9,735 nt of DNA from Nanopusillaceae archaeon (GTDB lineage: Archaea; Nanobdellota; Nanobdellia; Nanobdellales; Nanobdellaceae): NCBI GenBank assembly GCA_049973735.1, contig JBMFJL010000015.1, positions 1 through 9,735 on the forward strand. Direction: 5' to 3'. Of the stretch, positions 1 to 5,500 are shown piece by piece. Every line of letters begins with the position of its first letter. Within the stretch, counting starts at the first letter, position 1. The translations under genes and the position numbers were made by a program. The notes beneath the pieces are model-generated. The model was not told the DNA's origin. It saw only the letters and a list, made by a program, of their open reading frames with translations, and searched no databases.

Positions 1-1
1 A

Positions 2-667
2 ATGAAAAAGAATGAGATAATAGATGATTACGTTGTGGGAGATTTAACTAAAAAAGAAGATAGAGAAAAAATAATAGAGAAAATAATAAATCTAAAAAAT
101 AAAGGATATGAAATATCAATATTTTATAATTTAGGAATAATAGTTCCTCATTCAGGCAATTTTGCAGATTATAAAGAAGATAATATAGATCTGGAATATG
201 AAACAAATGTAAAATCTATAGTAAAAATGGATTATGAACTGTTAAAACACGGACTAGTATTAAATACGATATATATGGCATCTATTTCATCATTTTATAG
301 AGGAGGATGGGATCCTTTATATCAAGAAACAAAAGCTGCATTAAAAGCACATATAGAAGTAATTTTAGATGATGATAAAAGAAATAATAGAAAAAGAAAA
401 ATATACGCATTATTCCCAGATACCATAAAAACTGGAGAAGAAGGCATGGGGGCTAAATTAGAAAATTATCCAAAAATACCTGGAGAAATGTTCGTAAAGG
501 AAGTAGTAAATATAATTGAAGGAAAATATAATTATATTGGATATATATTTGAAATATCTGAAAATAATGTTGTATTTATGTATGGTATAAATCCAAGTAA
601 GGTAACTGGGGCATTCGAATATAATGAAAGGGAACTAATAAAGGATTTAGGAAAAGCTGTTTATTAA
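2..667 (+). CDS. hypothetical protein, 221 aa, function not recognised (possibly 5'-partial at window edge)
   Basis: Uninterrupted ATG-to-TAA frame of 221 codons. A/T-rich stop codons make long random ORFs improbable in this DNA, and no opposing gene could explain it as a shadow frame. The K/E/I/N-rich composition matches its neighbours. I recognise no motif. The ATG sits at nt 2, so an upstream extension beyond the window cannot be excluded. Confidence 0.6.
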   Translation: MKKNEIIDDYVVGDLTKKEDREKIIEKIINLKNKGYEISIFYNLGIIVPHSGNFADYKEDNIDLEYETNVKSIVKMDYELLKHGLVLNTIYMASISSFYRGGWDPLYQETKAALKAHIEVILDDDKRNNRKRKIYALFPDTIKTGEEGMGAKLENYPKIPGEMFVKEVVNIIEGKYNYIGYIFEISENNVVFMYGINPSKVTGAFEYNERELIKDLGKAVY

Positions 668-688
668 TTTTTTCTTTAATATTTTTTT

Positions 689-1564
689 ATGATAATAATA
701 CCTGTTGCTTTTGATTCTTTTTCTACAAGATCAATGGCAACGATTGTTAAAACAGATATGAACATATTTATAGATCCTTCTATTGCAATCGGACCCAGTA
801 GATATAATTTAAAACCTCATAAGTATGAATTGGAAGAATTAGACAAAAGAAGAAAAGAAATAATTGAATTATCAAAGGATGTAGATTTAATAGTTATCAC
901 TCATTATCATTGGGATCATTGTCCAAATCCTAAATATGAACATTTCGAAATTCTCTACAATAAAAAAATTATCTTAAAGGATATAGAAAATGGAATAAAC
1001 AATTCTCAAAGAAATAGAGGAATTGAAGTTATAAAAAGATTAAAAAATAAATCTGAAATTATTTTTGGAGATAATAAAAAATTTGAGTTTAATAATACTT
1101 ATATAGAAATATCGCCTCCATTATATCATGGATTCAGAAGTACACCATTGGGTTTTGTAATAGGAGTATATGTAGAGTATAAGAATAAATCTTTATTTTT
1201 TGGTTCAGATATACAAGGAATTCTAGATGAAAATACATTAAAATATATTATAGAAAAAAATCCAGATATCTTTATACTATCTGGCCCTCCCTTTTATATA
1301 AATAAAGACAATATCATTCAAGAAATTTTCTACAATAATGTTGAGATACTTTTAGGACATACGGACATAGAAGAAATAATAATAGATCATCATATGGCTA
1401 GAGATAAAGATTATTTAAAATATTTAGAGAAATTGAATGAAATTGGAGGAAACTATGGAACTAAATTTTTATCTGCAGCAGAAATTTTAAATATTAGACC
1501 TAAACTATTAGAAGCAAATAGAGATATATTATATAAAAAAGGTGACGCCGCCGGTGGGATTTGA
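689..1564 (+). CDS. MBL-fold metallo-hydrolase, archaeal UPF0282-like family
   Basis: 291 aa. The metallo-beta-lactamase HxHxDH motif is present as T-H-Y-H-W-D-H at nt 902..919. The N-terminal block IIPVAFDSFSTRSMATIV..DPSIAIGPSRYNLKPH and the block INNSQRNRG resemble what I remember of UPF0282 proteins from Sulfolobus and other archaea, which have a similar length (~300 aa). The TGA stop (1562..1564) lies inside the antisense tRNA gene. Confidence 0.8.
   Translation: MIIIPVAFDSFSTRSMATIVKTDMNIFIDPSIAIGPSRYNLKPHKYELEELDKRRKEIIELSKDVDLIVITHYHWDHCPNPKYEHFEILYNKKIILKDIENGINNSQRNRGIEVIKRLKNKSEIIFGDNKKFEFNNTYIEISPPLYHGFRSTPLGFVIGVYVEYKNKSLFFGSDIQGILDENTLKYIIEKNPDIFILSGPPFYINKDNIIQEIFYNNVEILLGHTDIEEIIIDHHMARDKDYLKYLEKLNEIGGNYGTKFLSAAEILNIRPKLLEANRDILYKKGDAAGGI
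1535..1540 (-). terminator. oligo-T tract immediately 3' of tRNA-Asn (candidate archaeal terminator)
   Basis: On the tRNA strand, the sequence after the discriminator base reads TCACC-TTTTTT-ATAT. Oligo-T runs are the usual archaeal termination signal. On the plus strand this tract is the AAA-AAA (Lys-Lys) of the MBL hydrolase C-terminus. The evidence is weak because T-runs are frequent in this AT-rich DNA. Confidence 0.3.
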
Positions 1565-1617
1565 ACCCACGACCCTCCGGTTAACAGCCGGATGCTCTAC
1601 CACTGAGCTACGGCGGC
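1546..1617 (-). tRNA. tRNA-Asn (anticodon GUU)
   Basis: Minus-strand read: GCCGCCG-TA-GCTC-AGTGGTA-GAGC-A-TCCGG-CTGTTAA-CCGGA-GGGTC-GTGGG-TTCAAAT-CCCAC-CGGCGGC-G. This folds as a complete cloverleaf with a 7-bp all-G:C acceptor stem, GG in the D-loop, a TTCAAAT T-loop and anticodon GTT. It is 72 nt with no intron and no encoded CCA. It is the only strongly G+C-rich island in the window. Confidence 0.93.
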
Positions 1618-1697
1618 ATATATATCTAAAACAATAATAAAAAATAAAAAACTTAATCTTTAAAAGGTTCAATTTTTTATAATGTGAGATATTATAT

Positions 1698-2171
1698 ATG
1701 ATAATGGAGATCATAGGTATAGGAATAAAATTAGATATAGAAAAAGGAAAAATAAAAATCGAAAAAAATAAAAATAAAATGACAATAGATTATGGAAAAA
1801 CTATAACATCTAATGATTATAATGATAATAAAATAAATTGGAATGGAGAAATAGAAATAAAAGATAATTCTATAACTTTAATTAATTCTGATAGAGATTT
1901 ATATATATATGAATATAATCAAATAAGCAATAAAGACAGAATATACTCTATAAATCAAGTAATATTCATTGGATATAACCTAAGAGAAACTAAAAAATTT
2001 ACTTTAAAAGAAAATCATTTATATCTATTAACTCCATCTAAGAAGATTATTATTGGTAAGGGAAAAATTGAAACAGATTTTGCATCTAAATTAATAAATG
2101 AAGATAAAATTGGGAGAGATATATTGTTAGCATCAGATGGATTAATAATTTTTAATAATACACTCCAATAA
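1698..2171 (+). CDS. hypothetical protein, 157 aa (alternative start at 1779)
   Basis: 157-codon open frame with no opposing gene over 1698..2141. It is N/K/I-rich and has no motif I recognise. The first 27 codons are low-complexity (IEKGKIKIEKNKNK), and an in-frame ATG at 1779 (MTIDYGK...) is an alternative start. The 3' end overlaps the convergent AGOG gene by 30 nt. Confidence 0.55.
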   Translation: MIMEIIGIGIKLDIEKGKIKIEKNKNKMTIDYGKTITSNDYNDNKINWNGEIEIKDNSITLINSDRDLYIYEYNQISNKDRIYSINQVIFIGYNLRETKKFTLKENHLYLLTPSKKIIIGKGKIETDFASKLINEDKIGRDILLASDGLIIFNNTLQ

Positions 2172-2855
2172 ATTTTTTAGTTCTAATATTTTTTCTCTAA
2201 AATCTTCATTAATATTTTTTATTTCATCATAAGTTAATCCATAGGTTATCCAAATTAAAGAATCTATATGTAATGGAGGTATGTTTGTGTCTTTCGACAA
2301 TTTCCACCAATAATTCATGTCTTTAGATATTTTTGATATTCTATTATCAATTGGTATAGCTATATCCATTGGAAATACTATTTTGTATCCCAAAATTCTA
2401 ATTGCATAACCAAATATTTTTGTTGTGAAAACAATTGTTTTATCATGTACTTTTTGATTCATAGCTATAGCAATATCCCTATTGAAATCTGTTAGCCTAT
2501 CTTTATATTTTAATAAATCTTTATCTTTAATCCAACTATATATTTTATTAAGCCTTGCAATCTTTGTTTTTTTAAATCTAAAATTGTGTTTTTCTATAAA
2601 TTGTACGAAATCGCTATATATGTCTATTTTATCTTTTGAAAAATATTCTGAAAATATTTCCCAGAACTTTTCTCCTTTATATATTAACTGGAATGCTAAT
2701 AGAGAATTAATTACTGATATTTTCAAAAATAACTGTTCATTCTTTATATTATTGTACAATTTTTTTAGGTTAATGTATTGTTTATCATATTTTTCTTCAT
2801 ATTCTAATATTTCATCAATACTAAATTTGCTAATTATTTCTTTTAGTTTATCCAT
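2142..2855 (-). CDS. N-glycosylase/DNA lyase, archaeal 8-oxoguanine glycosylase (AGOG family)
   Basis: 237 aa. The blocks QKVHDKTIVFTTKIFGYAIRI (HhH-type segment with a candidate catalytic Lys), IAIPIDNRISKIS and NIPPLHIDSLIW match my memory of the AGOG family (Pfam PF09171, typified by Pyrobaculum aerophilum AGOG). The length also fits. Confidence 0.75.
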   Translation of the reverse strand: MDKLKEIISKFSIDEILEYEEKYDKQYINLKKLYNNIKNEQLFLKISVINSLLAFQLIYKGEKFWEIFSEYFSKDKIDIYSDFVQFIEKHNFRFKKTKIARLNKIYSWIKDKDLLKYKDRLTDFNRDIAIAMNQKVHDKTIVFTTKIFGYAIRILGYKIVFPMDIAIPIDNRISKISKDMNYWWKLSKDTNIPPLHIDSLIWITYGLTYDEIKNINEDFREKILELKNLLECIIKNY

Positions 2856-2886
2856 TATAAAAATATCTTACAAGAAAAATATTATG
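2855..2886. promoter_or_regulatory. compact bidirectional promoter region between AGOG and the DUF357-like gene
   Basis: Only 28 bp separate the two divergent ATGs (2855 minus, 2884 plus). The plus strand has TTATAAAA at 2855..2862, centred ~25 nt upstream of ATG 2884. The minus strand has ATAATATTT at 2885..2877, centred ~26 nt upstream of ATG 2855. Both spacings fit archaeal TATA-to-TSS distance if the mRNAs are leaderless. TATA-like strings are common in DNA this AT-rich, so confidence is low. Confidence 0.3.
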
Positions 2887-3159
2887 AAAATTAACGAGGA
2901 GGAGTTACTTTATTATTTAAATAGAGAGTATGAAAAATTAGAAAAGATATTTAAAGATATAAAATTTAAAGATAAGAGATTTGAAAATTTTATTTTAGCA
3001 TATTATAAAGACTTTTTGTACTTTTATAATTCCAAAGACTATGTAAAAGCATTTGAATTGGAAAATTATATATGGGGTATGCTGGATATACTAATCAATC
3101 TAGATTTGATAGAGGTGAAGGAAGAATATAAAAAATGGTTTAAATTATTTACCGTATAG
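2884..3159 (+). CDS. small helical protein, DUF357-like (91 aa)
   Basis: The 225-aa track ORF (2482..3159) is antisense to AGOG up to 2855. The plausible gene starts at the in-frame ATG 2884 (MKINEEELLYYL...). The segment AYYKDFLYFYNSKDYVKAFELENYIWGMLDILINLDLI resembles the short archaeal DUF357 (PF04010) pattern (..Y..DA..F...GD...A.....YA.GWLDAG..LGL), as remembered and not searched. It ends with TAG and overlaps the enolase 3' end by 15 nt. Confidence 0.6.
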   Translation: MKINEEELLYYLNREYEKLEKIFKDIKFKDKRFENFILAYYKDFLYFYNSKDYVKAFELENYIWGMLDILINLDLIEVKEEYKKWFKLFTV

Positions 3160-4323
3160 TTTTTCTTCTATTCTGATTAATTCATTTAATTTTGCAATTC
3201 TTTCTCCATTAACTATACCAAATTTTACAAAAGGTACTTCAAATCCAACTGCTAAATGTGCTATAATATTACTTTCAGTCTCTCCAGATCTATGAGATAA
3301 TATAGGATAAATATTATTTTCTTTACATAACATTATTGCTTCATATGTTTTAACTATAGATCCAATTTGATTAGGTTTTATTATAACACCTTTAACAGAT
3401 CCAAGATCTATAGCCTTCTTAATTCTAGAAATATTTGTAACTGTAAGATCATCACCAGTAATAATTGCTGGAGTTTTATTGTTTATTTCAGCAAAGCCAA
3501 TAAAATCATCTTCATGTAAAGGATCTTCAACATAGAATAAATTGTAATTTGTAGCTAAGTATAAAACATAATTTATTTGATCTTCCTTAGGTAATTTTTT
3601 ATTTTTATACACATAATAACCGTCTTTATATAATTGGCTTGCTGCGAAATCTAAACCGAAATCTAAATCTACATTGTATTCGTTTCTTATGTCATCTTCA
3701 ATTATCCTTAGAATTTCTAGTACAGTTTCTTCTGGCAATGTTGTTGTCCACGCACCTTCATCATTTTTTCCAAATGTGAATTTATCATCTAATAAACTTA
3801 ATTTTTCTCCAAGCAACTTATGAACATAGGATGCTATGAATATAGATAATTTTATACTATTCGTGTCAGGAGAAACCAAAAATTCCTGTATATCTGTACT
3901 TCTTCCTTTTGCATGCGCACCACCTCCTACTACATTAGCTAAAATTCTCATATTCATTCTTGGTTTCTTTTTGAAAAATTCATATATTGGTCTGCCTTGA
4001 TATGCAGACCATGCTCTCAAAATTGCATACTCTGTAGCTAATAAAGTATTTGCTCCATATTTTTCTATACCACCAATTGTTTCGAATTCAGCTTCAAAAT
4101 CTTTTAAATCATCAAAACTTTGTATATCAAATGTTTTTAAGAAGTCTACTAACTCTTCATTAAATAATTTAACTGCTTTTTCCGGTTCTAAATATTTAAC
4201 TTCATACTTTCCTTTACTAGCCCCTTCTGGAGCAGATTCATGATAACCATTAATTTCTACTTCTATAGTAGGATTCCCTCTGGAATTCAAAACTATTCTT
4301 GCTTTTGCAGATTTAATTTCCAT
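3145..4323 (-). CDS. eno: enolase (phosphopyruvate hydratase), short divergent form, 392 aa
   Basis: Canonical enolase blocks appear in order: NSRGNPTIEVE, PEGASKG (canonical PSGASTG), GGGAHA, DIQEFLV, GKNDEGAW, LDFAASQ, VEDPLHEDD, GDDLTVTN, IKPNQIGS, SHRSGETES and GERIAKLNELIRIEE. The catalytic and metal residues (loop Ser, Asp/Glu/Asp triad, Lys of KxNQIG, His of SHRSGE) appear to be retained. Confidence 0.9.
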   Translation of the reverse strand: MEIKSAKARIVLNSRGNPTIEVEINGYHESAPEGASKGKYEVKYLEPEKAVKLFNEELVDFLKTFDIQSFDDLKDFEAEFETIGGIEKYGANTLLATEYAILRAWSAYQGRPIYEFFKKKPRMNMRILANVVGGGAHAKGRSTDIQEFLVSPDTNSIKLSIFIASYVHKLLGEKLSLLDDKFTFGKNDEGAWTTTLPEETVLEILRIIEDDIRNEYNVDLDFGLDFAASQLYKDGYYVYKNKKLPKEDQINYVLYLATNYNLFYVEDPLHEDDFIGFAEINNKTPAIITGDDLTVTNISRIKKAIDLGSVKGVIIKPNQIGSIVKTYEAIMLCKENNIYPILSHRSGETESNIIAHLAVGFEVPFVKFGIVNGERIAKLNELIRIEEKLYGK

Positions 4324-4377
4324 AGTTAAATATTTATTTTTTTAATATTTATTCTTTATATTTACTACGTATGTGTA

Positions 4378-4884
4378 TTAACAATTGCCTATAGTAGATG
4401 AAGCTATCTGATTATCATAATACAATAATCCTACTGTTGAACCTGTCAGTTGTCCACTTAATGAAGAAGAAGTATTTACTGATAATACTATTATGTCATT
4501 TAATTGTAGATTAGTATTTGGATTGCTTATACTTGAAATACTGCTGCCGCTTACATTGAATGCAGCATAGATTATACATGCAACACCTTGAGGAACTGTT
4601 GAAGTATTAAGAGAAATTGGGCATTTATAAGTGCTGCCAGTTTGAGTTGTTATCTCTACAGAAAGATATTGTAGATTTATCTGGGTAGATCCTATGTTTT
4701 GAATTGTTACATTTACAAGATTTTTGTTGCAAACTACTCCTAGAACTTGTGCATTTGCTCCTAGCGTAGATACCTGTCCCTTTACATATCCTCTTGCCCA
4801 TCCTACAATAATTGCACCTAAAGCTACTGTAAGAGCTATTAATATTATAGTTGCTATGAGTGGCGATACAGATCTCATTTTCAT
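4378..4884 (-). CDS. archaeal type IV pilin-like protein (class III signal peptide, Pilin_N/PF07790-type N-terminus)
   Basis: The N-terminus MKMRS|VSPLIATIILIALTVALGAIIVG has a short basic leader, a small residue at the predicted prepilin-peptidase site, then the VSP(L/V)IAT..L(I/V)A(I/L)TV hydrophobic helix typical of archaeal pilins. The remainder is S/T/N/Q/G-rich, with four N-x-S/T sequons (NVT, NTS, NVS, NTS) and four Cys, including the C-terminal residue. Confidence 0.8.
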   Translation of the reverse strand: MKMRSVSPLIATIILIALTVALGAIIVGWARGYVKGQVSTLGANAQVLGVVCNKNLVNVTIQNIGSTQINLQYLSVEITTQTGSTYKCPISLNTSTVPQGVACIIYAAFNVSGSSISSISNPNTNLQLNDIIVLSVNTSSSLSGQLTGSTVGLLYYDNQIASSTIGNC

Positions 4885-4906
4885 ATAAAGAATTAGGTAC
4901 TTAGCA

Positions 4907-4920
4907 TAATATAAATTTTT
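4907..4920 (-). promoter_or_regulatory. candidate BRE/TATA promoter of the pilin-like gene
   Basis: The minus strand reads AAAAA-TTTATATTA-TGCTAAGTACCTAATTCTTTAT-ATG. The TATA-like TTTATATTA (4915..4907) is centred ~27 nt upstream of ATG 4884 and is preceded by an A-rich BRE-like tract. It lies directly after the rnp1 stop (4921). This fits a leaderless transcript. Confidence is low given the AT-rich background. Confidence 0.3.
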
Positions 4921-5199
4921 TTATATAATTTTTCTAAGTTTTATTTTTAGCCTATCCCAGGGTCTATGTCTAATTAAATTTCCATCAACTAAAATAACAA
5001 AATCATCATAATAAAAAATAAATTTGGAATTAGCCTTTGGGACAATTTTTACACCATTTTCTGTTTTTATATAAAAAACATTCTTTGTTTCATCAATTAT
5101 TTCTCCATATAATCCTTCTAGCGATTTTATACTACTCTTATGTACCTCTACGTGCAGTCCTATAAATTCATATGATAAAAAGTTTTTATTCAATTTCAT
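4921..5199 (-). CDS. rnp1: ribonuclease P protein component 1 (Rpp29/Pop4 homolog)
   Basis: 92 aa. The pattern EFIGLHVEVHKSSIKSLEGLYGEIIDETKNVFYIKTENGVKIVPKANSKFIFY...VDGNLIRHRPWDRLK matches the archaeal Rpp29 Sm-like fold signature (ELIGL.V.V..S....l.G..G.vvDET.Nt..I......vpK....F.F......vdG..l..RPe.RlK). It sits directly downstream of sui1, as in other archaea. Its ATG overlaps the sui1 3' end by 14 nt. Confidence 0.85.
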   Translation of the reverse strand: MKLNKNFLSYEFIGLHVEVHKSSIKSLEGLYGEIIDETKNVFYIKTENGVKIVPKANSKFIFYYDDFVILVDGNLIRHRPWDRLKIKLRKII

Positions 5200-5500
5200 T
5201 AGATATTTCTATATTTTCTTCTTTGTATCCCATCTCTACTAGCAATTTTTTTAATTTATCTCTATGATCTCCCTGCAATTCTATAACATTATCTTTGTAA
5301 GTTCCACCACAACCCAGTTTGTGCTTCAATTCCTTTAATGTTTCTTTAGCTACAGTTTCATCAATACCTCTTATTACAGTTACTATTTTTCCATAGCTTC
5401 TTCTCTCTGCCTTAATGATTATTTTCTGAAATTCTTTCTCTATTTCCTTTGTTGTTGTATCTATATCTGTAGGTAGACCGGAGAAAAGTTTCTTTTTCAT
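5186..5500 (-). CDS. sui1: translation initiation factor aIF1 (SUI1 family)
   Basis: 104 aa. The segment IIIKAERRSYGKIVTVIRGID...LKELKHKLGCGGTYKDNVIELQGDHRDKLKKLLVEMGY is the canonical SUI1 domain (RR.gK.vT.i.G.....dlk.l...LK....cGGt.k...IelQGDhr..v...L...G). Confidence 0.9.
   Translation of the reverse strand: MKKKLFSGLPTDIDTTTKEIEKEFQKIIIKAERRSYGKIVTVIRGIDETVAKETLKELKHKLGCGGTYKDNVIELQGDHRDKLKKLLVEMGYKEENIEISNEIE

Noticed and set aside
369-375. A C-box-like ATGATGA that could mark a C/D box sRNA.
   Set aside because: It lies within coding sequence (GAT GAT GAT = Asp-Asp-Asp of ORF 2..667). No CTGA D box occurs in the following ~75 nt, and there are no terminal complementary ends.
1546-1617. 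tRNA-Asn considered as an integration site (attachment site of an integrated element or virus).
   Set aside because: There is no second copy of the G+C-rich tRNA 3' half anywhere in the window; it would be conspicuous in this AT-rich DNA. There is also no integrase or other mobile-element gene, and the flanking genes are ordinary.
1529-1714. A 61-aa minus-strand ORF spanning the tRNA.
   Set aside because: Its middle (..RRSSVVEHPAVNRRVVGSNPTGG..) is simply the tRNA-Asn sequence translated. The rest is A/T-rich promoter DNA. It is not a gene.
2482-2883. The first 134 codons of the 225-aa plus-strand track ORF (MKSVSLSLYFNK...), which lie antisense to AGOG.
   Set aside because: This is a shadow frame. 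It is offset by one nt from the AGOG codons. In that offset, antisense stops can arise only where a Tyr codon follows a pyrimidine-ending codon, or a His/Gln codon follows a T-ending codon. A-ending codon preference therefore keeps the frame open. The translation is F/S/L/I-rich low complexity, the complement of a K/E/N-rich gene. Only the portion from ATG 2884 onward, outside AGOG, is called.
4210-4230. An initial suspicion that enolase had lost its metal-binding loop serine (PSGASTG to PEGASKG).
   Set aside because: On mapping to yeast numbering, the metal-II ligand is the second Ser of the motif (Ser39 in ..S36-G-A-S39-T..), and that Ser is retained here. Only the first Ser and the Thr are substituted, so this is no evidence for inactivation.
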